Below, one piece after another: positions 1-13,861 of a stretch of 64,000 bases of DNA (positions within the stretch are counted from its first letter, which is position 1; the number at the start of each line of letters is the position of its first letter). Both the position numbers and the translations under genes were made by a program. Source of the stretch: Octopus vulgaris (Eukaryota). The notes beneath the pieces were generated by a model. It did not search any database. It saw only the letters and a program-made list of their open reading frames with translations, and was not told where the DNA came from. The stretch spans positions 63,240,001 through 63,304,000 of the forward strand of contig OX597820.1 in NCBI GenBank assembly GCA_951406725.2, written 5' to 3'.

Positions 1-85
1 TTCCATTCCTTCCTTCCTTCCTTCCTTCCTTCCTTCCTTCCTTCCTTCCTTCCTTCCTTTCTTCCTTCCTTCCTTCCTTTCCTTC
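1..85 (+). repeat. (TTCC)n microsatellite; one of very many (TA)n, (CA)n, (TATG)n, (TATC)n and (ATT)n tracts in the window
   Basis: Directly visible. Confidence 0.95.
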
Positions 86-3050
86 TATCTTTCATTCACA
101 CTGCGGGTATATTCCTTAAAAGTTTTCATATAAGACGTAGTTGTTCTGTTAGTAAAAGTTTAGATACTAACATAAAAATCAAACATTAGGTGTTGACTAA
201 ATTAATTTGTTGGCCTGTCTGTTGCACAAGGTGTGCATTAATTAACAGGTAACAACCTAAACTCAGTTATTGCAACGGACCACAGATGAGTTGTAAATGT
301 ATTGTATTAATGGTGTCACTAATAATAATAGCGGCTCGTTAGTGTAACTTAAAAGCAGTAACATTATTGTTCCATACCTGTATAGTGTTTAAATTGTTAA
401 TATTTTATAGAAAATGCTGATTTCGGATTAAATTGATTTACAGTACAGTTCTAAGACAATCTTAGTATTTTAAAGATTACATTTGTTGATTGTTGATAGA
501 TAGTATTTTTCGGCAACCAATTTTTAACGTCTTAAAATATAGAGATAAGAGAATTAAACTAAACAAATACTAACAAATATTTAGGAATAAGTTGCGTAAA
601 CCTATGCAAATGTTCACTAGAGTAAGCAGATGAAAATATATCAAATGAGGAACATGATAACTAAATTGAATGGATAGAGACCAACACTGAATGCTAAACT
701 ATAAATTTATAGGTATACATATTCTATCTATACTTCTATAAGTTATATTTGTGAGGTTCTCAGTTGGACGGTAAAATAAACTACAAGTACTAGGGAGGTA
801 TGCCAGGAATATAATAACAGCAGATATAATACACGACCTGTAGTTTCTCTTAAACAAGCGTAGAGATTTGTCTGTATCCAGCCGCTGTGAACATATAAAA
901 TATCTGCTATAGATGCACCACAAAATATTTTGTCAAGACAATGGTGATGCATAGAAATAACCATAATGTAGACGCAAAACAAAGAATACTCTTATCCCTT
1001 CAACTATAAAACACGCTGAGATGTATAAAAACCAATAAAGTGTTTGCAAAAAGAATCACTTTCTATTATTATATGTGTAATTTGAAGGGAAACTGGGATG
1101 GTATATGTTTGTATAAGGTAAGTTTGTATAAGGTTAAAACTTGAAAAATAAGGGCAAAGTGGAAGGAGATAAGAAAATAATGCTCTACGCCTTTAGTTTA
1201 AAGTAAAAAAGAACTTAAAACTGAGAGCATAGGAATTTTATTGGCGGTGCAAAACAGATCTTGAGGATATTAACAGCACACTGATGGAGATTGATAGCAT
1301 AATTTTCAATATATACCATTTATAAATCGATGAATCGAATTATTTCTGAGGGTGCTGTGCTAATGTGTGTGTGTTTATGCGTGTGTGTATTTGGCAGACT
1401 ATCGGATGTTATACATCGCTGCTCACAATCTGCTTCCAATGATACTAACAAATTAGTTAGGCTGACAGGCAAACATTCCACTTGAATGGAAACCCAGTCC
1501 GTCGCACAGTTATCTGTTTAAAGCTGAATGAACTGGATCAACGTGAAATGAAGTATTTTACTGGATATTACAACGCACCGACAGTCTTGAACCTGAACTG
1601 CGGTCTTGCGATAGTGGGTGCAACGCCTTTCCCACAATATATTTGTATTTGCGTGTTTGTGTATTTATAAATATGTGTGTGTGACTGTATACACTGCATA
1701 TATATGTATGCCAGTATGTGCTATATACGTATAAGTTCTCTTTCTCTTATCAATTAAAAAAAAAAATCGATCGGCCACCTATTCTGTAGCAAGATTATGA
1801 AAGAAACCATCTTGCTTTGTTCTCAACCTTTAAATATTAAGGTCTTGCTAACGTTTATATTTCTGGATATCGTGATCATTTATGGTGTATGAATGAAGCA
1901 TTAGCGTTTTCGTCCTCAAGAAACTAAGCTCAGCCATACTGTGCTCTAAGTGGGTTTGTATGCGTCCTCTACGAATGTATGAATGCATGTATGTAAGTAT
2001 GTATGTATTTATGTATGTATGCATGTATGTGCATGTGTGTTTATGTTTGCATTTGTGCTGAATCATGCAATGGAGACAATGCAATCATTACATAATAACC
2101 ACAAGCAAGAATCAGTAAAATATATTCCACAGTTTCGTTCATGGGATGCGAAAAGGACGATGGGCTTGTATATAGCATTAATAAACAAAAAGAATTTAAA
2201 AAGAACTCGTTCCGATATCATTGTCGGAGTCCAAGACGCAGTTAATGCATGGCAACACAATTTATATTAAGACCGATGGAAAAAACAAAATGCATATATA
2301 TATATAACGATTAAAAAACAGAGAAATTATAATGCAAGCAGAACAGCAAAAAAACAGGAAAAAACAACGATTAAACATTCTGGGAAAAACAATGTAGATT
2401 ATTTGGGCCTCAATATGTGTTTGGTTCACTGATTTGAACCCCAGGACAGTAAAAGAAAAGGCATTTATTCTGTGATTTGTACTACGAATGAAAAATCATT
2501 CAGGCCGACTTTAACTTCAGTCTATACAAAGGCAATGAGGTAATTAGATGCTGGTTATATTTAATCGATACTTTTCTATGAAGGTCAAATACAAGTGTAT
2601 ACTCTTAGTAAGACTTCTACAAAGAAAATCGTTGTATTTGAATTCCTGAGATTATGAGAGTTTCTGTATATAATCGTTTTCTCCTGATAGAATTTCTACA
2701 TTGCGATAGATGAGGGTATCAGATGTCAATATACTACTTGTATAAGGGCTTAATTGTTAGAAATACGATCATTTCTGAAGAATATACAAGACATATTCTA
2801 CATTTCCTTCTGAATGAATTTGCCAGTTTGATTGTGGTTTAAATTCCATTTCACAAGTACACAGACACACAAGTACAATATACACACACACAACATGCAC
2901 ATAAACTAAAGCACACACATGCTCATACAGCACAAACGTTACGTATATGTATTTGTATATAAAAGCAGTGGTTGAAAATTCTTTTTAGCTTTCAAATTTC
3001 ATAATTATGGCTTGAATACGAAATTATTTCTTCATTAACTTGTACACACA

Positions 3051-3175
<125 letters not shown>

Positions 3176-3179
3176 TCAA

Positions 3180-3280
3180 CTGAAATTTATAGAAAAGACG
3201 AAGACAGGTGTAGTTTGACGATCGGGAAAATGAAAAACGTCATTTACGTTTCGAGCATACACTCTTCAACAGGAAAGGAA
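3180..3280 (-). mobile_element. Short pLTR fragment of the same PLE family with HHR motif (3243-3276)
   Basis: Minus strand CTGTTGAA-GAGT-gtat-GCTC-GAAA-CGTaaa; shares acgaagacaggt with 19412-19423. Confidence 0.65.
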
Positions 3281-3315
<35 letters not shown>

Positions 3316-3418
3316 CCTATCTATTTGTCTGTCTGTCTTTCTGTCTGTCTGTCTATCTATCTACCTATCTATCTACCTCACTCTTTCTCTCTCTCTCACT
3401 ATATATATATATATATAT

Positions 3419-3737
3419 TGGTAAAACGGTAAGATAACAAAAGAAAGAAAGAGACCTCAATATTATGTAAATAGAGGAAATTTATCTATACAAAAATATG
3501 TTACATTACTCGATAGTCAAGATAAAACTCTGAGTTTCAGGTGCCGAAGTAGGAATCCACGACATCTCTTCGGTTATTTGGCTATTTGAAAACTCTATGA
3601 AAAGATACCGTTATATATGAGATAACGGTATTTTTTCATAGCGTTTTCAAATAGCCAGATAACCGAAGAAATGTCGTGGATTCCCACTTCGGCATCTGAA
3701 ACTCAGAGTTTTATCTTGACTATCGAGTAATGTAACA

Positions 3738-3744
<7 letters not shown>
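3419..3744. mobile_element. Fold-back mini-element (123-bp inverted arms, each with a hammerhead motif), likely PLE pLTR-derived, in (TA)n
   Basis: 3492-3614 is an inverted repeat of 3622-3744 with a 7-nt spacer. There is an extra ~73-nt tail at 3419-3491. The same family occurs as non-palindromic copies at 54690-55170 and 47710-47965. Confidence 0.8.
3658..3715 (+). ncRNA. Type I hammerhead ribozyme motif (mirror copy at 3521-3578, minus strand)
   Basis: gataa-CCGAAGA-aATGTCG..CGGCATct-GAAA-CT-cag-AG-TT-ttatc: stem I gataa/ttatc, stem III ACT/AGT, predicted GUU cleavage. The relative at 54795-54856 has the canonical CTGAAGA core. Confidence 0.7.
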
Positions 3745-3794
<50 letters not shown>

Positions 3795-3824
3795 TTCCCT
3801 CCTTCCCTCTATCTTTCTCTGATT

Positions 3825-3932
3825 TCTGTCTCTCTGTCTCTCTCCCTCTCTCTGTCTCTCTCCCTCTCTCTGTCTCTCTCCCTCTCTCTGTCTCTCTCCC
3901 TCTCTCTGTCTCTCTCCCTCTCTCTGTCTCTC
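3825..3932 (+). repeat. 18-bp CT-rich minisatellite (CTCTCTCTGTCTCTCTCC)n
   Basis: About 6 tandem units visible. Confidence 0.9.
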
Positions 3933-3974
3933 TATATATTTATTTTTAAAGTAATAAAGTTAATGACTAATCAC

Positions 3975-4036
3975 AGAGTGATCAATAGTTTCGCATCCAC
4001 GAAGGCTATAGCCTCGCGGATGACTCATCAGATTCC
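3975..4036 (-). ncRNA. Type I hammerhead ribozyme motif with long stem II
   Basis: Minus strand reads ggaat-CTGATGA-GtCATCCGCGAGGC-tata-GCCTTCGTGGATGC-GAAA-ctattgatc-actct; the core is canonical. Confidence 0.75.
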
Positions 4037-4049
4037 TTACCTTCGGACC

Positions 4050-4111
4050 AGAGCCTTATGAGTCATCCTACAGATTATACCCTTCGTGCATGCTAAACCA
4101 ATGGTCATTCT
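4050..4111 (+). ncRNA. Decayed inverted copy of the 3975-4036 hammerhead
   Basis: agagc-CTTATGA-gtcatcc...ccttcgtgcatgc-TAAA-CCaatGGTC-attct aligns base-by-base with the minus copy. The core is mutated but stem III ACC/GGT and the GUC triplet are intact. Confidence 0.6.
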
Positions 4112-4577
4112 GTGACCAGATATTAACCTTATTACTTTCATATTTTAATGCTCTATACTTTAGCGTGTACTTCTTAACGAGATATGTCTGTATGTATGTA
4201 TGTATACATGTATGTATGTATGTATGTATGTATGTATGTATGTATGTATGTATGTATGTATGTATGTATGTATGTGTGTATGTATGTGTATGTGTATATA
4301 GGGGTGTGCGTGAATATGTGTGTGTATATCTGTATGTATATATATATGTATATATTTATATAGATAAATAGATAGATAGACAGAAATATAGGTAACTGTC
4401 CATATATACATACACCCATATATATATATATATATATATATACACTTATACACGCATACAAGGACGCGCTGAACGTTACTGGCTTTTAGGGTTTCTCAGA
4501 GGACTTTCCGATGTCTTTTCCATGAAGTAGAATGTATTTTTGCTTATTCAAAACCAGGGCCGTTTTCAATATCCCAC

Positions 4578-4609
<32 letters not shown>

Positions 4610-4922
4610 TGTATATATGTATGTATGAATGTATGTATTTATGTATGTATGTACGTACGTACGTATATATAGATACATGTCTCTGTTTATTTTCTCCCGG
4701 ACAGCCTGATAATTTGTGTTTGATTACGTCCGCGTAACCCGCCAAATGTTCGGCAAATGTACTGGTAGAATAAGTAGCAGATTAAAAGAAAATTAATATA
4801 TGGGTCGGCTCATTGGACTAGAATCTGTAAAGGTAATGCTCCAGTATGACCGTAGACACTAGTGAAAGATAATATTAAAAAATGAATAAATAAGTTAATT
4901 AAGTTAATAAGTTAATTAATTT

Positions 4923-5227
4923 TGGCTCAAAAAGCAAAAAGCAAGGCTATGTAGGGGGACATGGAGTTATGTACAGGGAGGATGTTCATGCGAAGTGTTC
5001 AGGCCATTTCTGGTCAAGAGAGACTTTGAACCGAGTGGTCATCAGCATCTTCACTATTTCGTTCGGCAGCTTATTCCACGGATTCGCAACCCGGACGGAG
5101 AAAGCACTTCTCCTTCGATTGAGATGAAATCGTCACAGATTCGGAGTGACCCCGCAGCCGATGCTCTGGAGCAGGAGTGAAGAACAGTTCTTTCGAGAGG
5201 TTACACTTTCCACTTATGATGTTGTGA
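4923..5227 (-). mobile_element. 3' end of CR1-group LINE
   Basis: Translates (frameshifted) to HNIISGKCNL..FF..RLRGHS..RRSAFSVRVANPWNKLP..FKVSLD, a typical CR1-group ORF2 C-terminus. Confidence 0.8.
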
Positions 5228-5805
5228 TAAACAAATAGATAAATAACAAGTGAAATGCTATAGTGCACACCCAGCAAAATTACAGTAAAAACCCTTAAAC
5301 ATGTAAAAGAGTAAAATGAAAAATATGGTAAATAGCATCTGTTTTATCAATAAAATTACCAAGGACACGGGACACAGGGTGTGTTACGGAACATTACAAT
5401 ATTCTAATATTGTTTGCCACTGAAAGACGAATTATGTTGCGTGCCCTACTATGGCATCATTGGGGTGTTGCGGAATATACATAACAAGAAATAAATATAC
5501 GTACCATGAAATAAATGTTTCGTGAAGTTATTATAGAGAGCTTTTTATTGGGTGAGATACGTAGCCAAAATGAAATAGTAGTTAATAGAGAAAATATGGA
5601 AATGTTGAAATATTGCAATGTTGACTGAAATGATGGATGTCAAAATGAGAGCAGAAACGGATTGTTCGTTATACGATTTATAGGGTACATATGATATTTA
5701 AATATAAATAAATAAATGTGTCGGTGGCATTCAAACAGAAACGATTTTGTTACACGGGTGGTGAAGATACGATATATATATGTATATTGTCATATACATA
5801 GATAG

Positions 5806-5879
<74 letters not shown>

Positions 5880-8800
5880 ATGTATACATATATATATACA
5901 TGTGTGTATATATATATGTATATATATACACAGTACACATACATATCTGTACATACACACACACACACACACATATATATATACAGATATAAACTGCCAA
6001 ACATACATGTGTATATTAATATATATTCCTTCTGTAAATCGTTTACTCATGTAATCTATTTTACGCAAGTACGAATTGTTAGAACCATGCGCCAATCTAC
6101 CACTAACTATCCTCGACCCTGAATATCTCCTTGTATATCCTTCTATTTACTTCATACGCTTTCTCTCCCTATCCCTCACTAACTCTCGCTATTCACATAC
6201 GTAGACACAGAGACACAAACCCACACAAATACACACATGTATTTATATAGTAAAACAGACGAATTGGTTATCAGGTACTGGTACACTTGATTCTCTATTA
6301 TGATATAAACATGTCTATTTACATATGTACTGAGCACAACATACGCAACTCCCAATTCATCAGGCTTACCAGACATTCTGTCGTGTAGTGACATTGCTGA
6401 TTAGTCAAAACATCGTGAACATGTGAAATTTCTAATCAGAATTAAGAAATGTAAAGTGGGTGGGACTACAATCTATCAATCACAAGGATAGACAGCAGAG
6501 TGAGATTGTAAGTTAAGAAATAGTTAAATGGCGTATCTATTTATAAAGATGTCATTAAAATTAGCTACCTGAATCATAGAAACTGGTACAGGAAAAACAC
6601 CTTGTATAGCTGCAGAGAGTAAGTACTAAGTACGCCATTTGACCCTATCATAACATATTTGGAGACAGCTGCCAACGGTACTCTAAAAAGACTTTTAATG
6701 TTTACTGTGTTTGATACATTAAAGAAGTGACACGTAATGAATTTCAGCATTAATTAATCACTTACTTAATTCCTCTTGATTAAAGTGCTTCGATTAATTA
6801 TAGCACAACTAATAGAATATTAGCTTAAATTAGAGGATATCCAGCTAATTATATTTCAGGATAATGACCTAAGGAAAATCACAAAGAACTGCGAAGATCT
6901 CTGCGAAAATTCAAAGGGGGCGGGAAAAGGAAAAGAAAATAATTAAAATATAGAGATAGCCATAACCACAGTGACAGCTACTATAATCAATAAATATATA
7001 AATAGATACAGAATAGGATAAATCTACCAGAGGGGGCCCTCAGCACGGCATTGGCATAGAGGCCGGCATTGGCATAAACAAATAGATATGTATACTAGAC
7101 TAATGGAAGTAGTTTTCACAATAATCAATTTCAATATAGACATATGAATTTATTAATTTATAAATTTATATTAGTTAAATATCAAAATTTAAAGAGAACA
7201 TTTATATAGCTGTAGTGATGTTACAAGTTGGAAGGCTAGAAATAATAAAGGAAGAAAGGTAGAACCGATATCCCCAATAACAAAAAGAACAAAACAAAGT
7301 ATGAATTCCAAGTATCCCAATCTTTCTATTAAGCAATATTGTCACAATATTGTCGAAAATGAGGCAAAACATTTAAAATCGTATAAGTACCACTAAAATA
7401 ATTTTAAATTATGGGAAGTATTAAGACAGCTTTAGAATAATTTACAAGTTTTATGAGATGTTGTTATAAAGTCCATAAATCTAACTAAAAGTTGAAAGAA
7501 TTTATAGAATTATAATAAATAATAACAGTTTATAAAAGCCATAATTAGGGTGAAGCAAATATCATAAGGATACAACATAAAGTTAAAAGGAACTTTTTAA
7601 AATGTATTAAATTTAATTATACAAAATCATACATTGGTGTCCTTCGTTAGAGCTAAGTGTAGGCAAAATTTCCATGTCTCTATCTCAATAAAAAAACTTA
7701 TTCTCGTATTTACAGACATCTAACTGATTTGACTGTAATATTCAACTTTGAAGGGCGCTATAAATATTTTCGGAAGCGGTGACACTTACGCAAATATTCT
7801 GGACTGCGTATGTTAATTATTATTATCTTTTTAATCGTAAATCCTTCTTCATCTGGTCTTTGCCTTTTGAACAGTAGATAGTCATAAGGACTAGACTGTA
7901 ACTCAATGATAAAAGTGTACGGATATATAGTTGTAGATTTTTCTCATATCCACAATAAGCAACATTTATTGACCAACGTATATATTTTTGCCTTTCAGTT
8001 GTATGTGTGTGAGTGTGTTTATGTGTGTGTGCGTACGTCACAAATTCTGTATACATAAATAATTTTGTTAAAACGCTATATGAACGGTAAAATATATATT
8101 ATTATGGAAGGTAACAGAATCGAAAGTAACAAGTGTTTTCAGAAAGGCAAATATTTAAATTGGAAGAGAAATTATGAAAGAAGAATGTAAGATACATTAC
8201 TGTAAAAGAGAGGTTGAAACGGATTTAATTTATATCAAAATGTTGTATAAAATAACTCATATTGCAGTATTTGAAAATTATACTACAATAACTAAAATAA
8301 AATATTGAATATGTATATAATATAAGAGATTATAGCTATGGTTGAAATAGTTTCTTATTTTGAGTAATGTGGCAAAGTGAAGTAATAAAAATAAAGAAAA
8401 TCGTATTTAAGCATCAACTCAACACGTCAATGCGTTAAAATTTACGAAATAACAAATTGGAATGAGAAGTTATGGAATTGTATGATTAATAATGCAAATT
8501 ATAGAAATTGCATGTAAAAGAAACCTAAATAACCCTTCATAAGATAACTAAAATTTATTGTAAATTTGTTCAACTTATTTATTTGTGTTTTCACATATCA
8601 AGAATATTATATTTCCATCCATGAACCTCCGTTTCTCGACTGTTGCATGCATTATATGTATTTAATAATACTTTAAAAATTTGATGCGAAAAAGTAAACC
8701 AATTATGTAAGCATTTTGTAATTCCCGACACAAAAAAGTATCATCTCTGAATGTTCAGCCATATATTTATTAAAATTCGCTTGCGTGTATCTGCAAAAAA

Positions 8801-11491
8801 TAAAACAGAGATTCCTGCAACATATTAAAATTATACAATGAAGAGTAGGATAAAGTCCGGGCTAGAAAAGAACTGTAACGAAAGAATTCGAAATGGGTGG
8901 AGCATTTGTATTTGAAAGTCGAAATTAGGGAGAATTAAATAAAACCACGAAAAAAAATGTATTCGAAATTGTAAGCATGTGTATTTGATCACGTTGTGAA
9001 ATTAGACAGTAAGTTATAATATACCGTTAAAATCGTGCAGACGCACATACATAAATGCAAACATAATGAAATTATGTTATAAATCTTTTGTTTTTCTTGG
9101 TTTCCTGCCTAGTGCCATGAATTCATTGATCTTTCAGTACACTCTTGTCTTATAATTGCGGTGCTTGTATATTCAAATTAATATTTATTTTGGTAATATA
9201 TAACAACTCCTGTTATAGTGTTGGTGTGTTGGAAGACTTGTGTGACGAATCTGGAACTGAAAAGCTGGCGGTGTAAATTTTGGTCTTTTATGTTCTGATT
9301 CGAAATAACAGTAATATTGACGATTTCATCGACTATTCTCTTTCCCAAAGTCTGTGATGTTATGCTAATATAAGACCTCACTATCTGTATGGGCAGAAAT
9401 TCAAGAAACTCAGAAATATGAAAACCGACAAAATGCTTACCGGCATTTCTTCCGTCTTTATGTACTGAATTCAAGTTTCGCTTAGTTCGCGTTTGCCTTT
9501 AAACCTTCCTGTGGTAGATGATATAAGTTGACTCCGGGATCGATTATATTAGCTAGTACTCATCCCCAAGTTTTAGGGCTTTGTGCCTATAGTAAGAAAG
9601 ATTACCTGTACGGCTATTGAATAAACATTAATGAAAACATAAGCTATAATCGAAGATGGATTTGGACACATGTATGAATATTTTTATACAAGTACGTTTA
9701 CAATGTTCACGATTATAATATACGTTTACCTGAACTTGCTTTCCAACATGGATGCTTGACACGAGAGAAATCATTTTGTTACAATTGTTCTAAGACCTAT
9801 CGGATTTACTCTTAGTTATTCTAAAGTTTATTTTATCTCTCTCTATAAACATTCTAATTTTACTACCCATCACATTAATAATGATACGAAATATATATCT
9901 TATGTTCATGTTCTACACATGGTTTCAGTATATCCATATACTATTGCAGAAATGTTCCCATCAAATATGAAGTGCAGCCTATCTGATTCACCTGATGAAA
10001 GTACGCCAAAGGAAAATAATTACGTGAAATGCAATATCGGAATAATCTTGTATTCATCACGATATCCTCACTTTCTACTAGTCTGTTTTTGTATGTTAGT
10101 GAGGCGCATCCCTCATGTGGCCTCATGTTAAGCTTGTTCAGTTCACGATCTTGATGTTGTAGGTTGGATTCAGGGATGAGTGTACATCGGGCTCGTGCAG
10201 TAGTTCCTTTACTGCCTATAGTTCTGTAGTCTTCGCTGTTTATTTGATAAAGAATTAGAAAGGAAAGAAAGATTTCTGCTCGTGACCACGTATTTTCCTA
10301 AAACTATTAGTGAAAGAGTGATAAAAGCTAACATGCCACAAAGCAAGAAACGGCTTTGTTTCCATGTTTCAGTATAAAATCAAAGAGAAACATACCTGGC
10401 TTTTCAAGAACATTTTAGACGGTGTAACGATGCTAATGTGAGACGAGATATCGTGTGAATTATTGCAAGAATATGGACTTCAATAAATTCAGTGAGAATG
10501 TTATGAAGAGAATTAGGTCCCTGATATAGTTTCCATTGCTTTTATGTCTTGTAAAATTTAAGCCTACGGTGGATAATATCTGTTTAAACTGCCACGCATT
10601 GGAATCGAGCCCGAAACTACGGAAATGAGAAAGGAAATGTATAACCACAGCGTCATATCACTGCATTTATAATTAAACAAATAAAATAAGTGACTATTAT
10701 CATTTAACGTCACATTCTCTTTCGCCCCATTCCACTTATTTATGTCTTTCAGAACAGCAAATTGATTTAAAAAGGTTATAGATACATTTATTTTTCACCG
10801 GGGGTTATTTCTTCAATACAGTCCTTCTTCCACATATGAGTTTCGTTATGAACAGGCACCTGTTGCAGTATTATTAGATAGGATCCCATAACCGTTGTAT
10901 TCAAGAGTTAAATTCTTGTTTTGATTTGTGATTCTCTGTGTATATTATTAAATTCTTTATAGAAGTATTTAATTTAAATTTGTTTTAGAAATAAATTCAA
11001 GCCCTCCAGTTATCTTGCTGCAATAAATTACCGTCTTCTTAATTGTTGTTCAGTTTTACTCCTACAATTTTATGCGTCGCTTTTATGTCCTTTTATCCGC
11101 AAGCCTTATTGTTGTGCGATGTTTCTTTCATATTTCTCCCCAAATCCTACATTTCGTTTCTGGCTAGAATGTTCTTGAACATTTCATATTTCTTGTTTTG
11201 TTATTTCTAACGCTAAAACTGTCATGTTCTTGGTTTTTCTCTTACAATTTTAATTGAACAGTTTGTTTTGTCTAGAAGCTTTGGCGTCTATAGTATCTTC
11301 AAATTCTCTAATCAGTATTTAGTGTGAATTCTTGTATGGAAGGCTTCCTTTAACTTTTGACGATTTCCTAATCTGAAATAACTTTGTTCTACATGAATCA
11401 ACGGCAAGAATCTCTGTGCAGGTTTTCATCGTAACATAAGTACTACCCGGCAAATTTTATATATATATATATACATATACATGTATGCTTG

Positions 11492-11525
<34 letters not shown>

Positions 11526-11869
11526 TATATGTGATATGTGTGTAATTGTGTGCATAATTTAATCAAATAAACACAATTCTTCAAACAAAAAGGAAAACAT
11601 AAAAAACATGTGGACGTGCACAATAAAGGTGTTAACCTGGCAGACAGTGAAAAGGAGAGTGTTTCGCGTTTCTATCATAGTTATTCCTTCGAAAGGAAAA
11701 AGAGAAAGGTCCAAAGGTTAAGAAGAAATTGCCAACAGTACACGAGTAGTGATATTGCTGGGTGAATTTACTTGAACACGCATATATGTGTACATACACA
11801 CACACATGTATATATATATATGAATGTATAAATATATGAATGTATATATATGAATGTATAAATATATGA

Positions 11870-11945
<76 letters not shown>

Positions 11946-11946
11946 T

Positions 11947-12352
11947 CAGGAGTGGCTGTGTGGTAAGTAGCTTGTCTACCAACCCCATGGTTCCGGGTTC
12001 AGTCCCACTGCGTGGCATCTTGGGCAAGTGTCTTCTGCTATAGCCCCGGGCCGACCGATGCCTTGTGAGTGGATTTGGTAGACGGAAACTGAAAGAAGCC
12101 TGTCGTATATGTATATATATATATGCATGTGTGTGTGTATGTTTGTGTGTCTGTGTTTGTCCCCCTAGCATTACTTGACAACCGATGTTGGTGTGTTTAC
12201 GTCCCCGTCACTTAGCGGTTCGGCAAAAAGAGACTGATAGAATAAGTACTGGGCTTACAAAGAATAAGTCCCGGGGTCGATTTGCTTGACTAAAGGCGGT
12301 GCTCCAGCATGGCTGCAGTCAAATGACTGAAACAAGTAAAAGAGTAAAAGAG
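11947..12352 (+). mobile_element. Octopus-type tRNA-derived SINE (family 1, internal TA/TG microsatellite), full length
   Basis: A box tggctgtgtgg, B box ggttcagtcc, (GTAAAAGA) tail. Other copies or halves: 12397-12853, 17520-17675, 29100-29225(-), 39850-40100(-), 41700-41935, 46357-46483, 58708-59055(-), 63348-63497. Confidence 0.85.
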
Positions 12353-13362
12353 TATATAACAATACATATATACATAGAGAATTAGATTAATTGACAGGCG
12401 CAGGAGTACCTCTGTGGTACGAAGCTCACTTTCCAACAACATGGTTCTAGGTTCAGTCCACTGCATGGCAACTTGGCCGATCAAATCCTTGTGAGTGTGT
12501 TTGGTAGAAGCAAAATTCTAAATTCTACCGTCGCATAAATATTTATATATACATTTATATATTTTTATATTCATATATGCATTTAGATAGCTAGATACAT
12601 ACTTATGTGTGTGTGTGTTTGTGTGTGTGTGTATGATCATATGTTTATGGGTCTGTTCCTCACCATCCCTTGACAACCGATGTTGGTGTGTTTACGTCCC
12701 CTTAACCTATAGGTTCGGTAAAAGAGACCGACAAAACAAGTAATGCACTTACAAAGAATAAGTCCTGGGTTAAATTTGTTAGACTAAAGGTGGTGCTCCA
12801 GCTTTGCCGCAGTCAAACTGACTGAAACAAATAGAAGAATAAAAATAAAAGAAAGATATATTGACAGATAGACACATAGACAGACAGACAGGTAGATAGA
12901 TAGATGTTTACGTGTGTATGACTGTGCATTACTCAAACGAGAAACGTATCATGTTTATTTCGTAAAACTACTGACACTATTTTGACCAAGAAAATACCAT
13001 CATAGAAGATGCCTCGCAGAGCGATGGGAACCGGAAGCAGAGGTTCTTAAAGGAAATATCGTAACAAATACATGTCTGGACACGTATTCCATTTTTCTGT
13101 ACTTCGTTTTAATTGCAAAGAACTTTTATCATATTTTAGAACATATAATGTTTATACATTAATACAGCGTTATTATTTCCTTTAGGGACATGCACGATAT
13201 TGATCATTCTGTTTTAAAATATCATTTTGTTTTAATTTTGTGAAAATATATATATATTTTTATATATATTTTTATTTTTATTCTTCTTAATCAGGTGGTG
13301 CTATTAAGTTAGACATGGCCTGGACCAATCTCTGGTCGAAACATATCTAAGTTTTATCTAAG

Positions 13363-13398
<36 letters not shown>

Positions 13399-13572
13399 AA
13401 CTTATAAACAAGGGCAACATAAGTTGTTTATAATTTTAACCTTAAAGGTATTTTAATATGCTGCCACTTTTTTGATGAAATGTTTTTCTGTAGAAAAACT
13501 TTAGACTATATTAGTAGTAGTAGTAGTAGTAGTAGTAATAGTAGTAGTAGTATATATATATATATATATGTT

Positions 13573-13861
13573 TGTTCCTCCTCGAGCCATGCCTGGCTCA
13601 CAGGGCCGTTTTACCGATTTCCTTTGCGTAAAGTTTTTCCACCTGGACGGGACGCCGGTCCGTCGCAGGTGAGCTGCAACATGCAGGAGAAAAGAGTGAG
13701 AGAAAGTTGTGGCAAAAGAGTCAGCAGAACTTTGCAATTACCTTCTGCCGGAGCCGCGTGGAGCTTAGGTGTTTCGCTCATAAACAGGCACATCCCCCGG
13801 TTTGCGATTCGAACCCGCAATCCTTCGACCGCTGCTCTAACTACTAGGCGATGTGCCTCCG
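13573..13861 (-). mobile_element. SINE family 3 (tRNA head ggaggcacat.gcctagt.gttag..ggttcgaatc)
   Basis: Related copies at 22135-22297(-), 35915-36085(+), 50320-50615(-). Confidence 0.7.

Noticed and set aside
6830-7700. Possible NUMT or membrane-protein relic
   Set aside because: Hydrophobic peptides are short and stop-ridden, and no mitochondrial gene motif was recognised.
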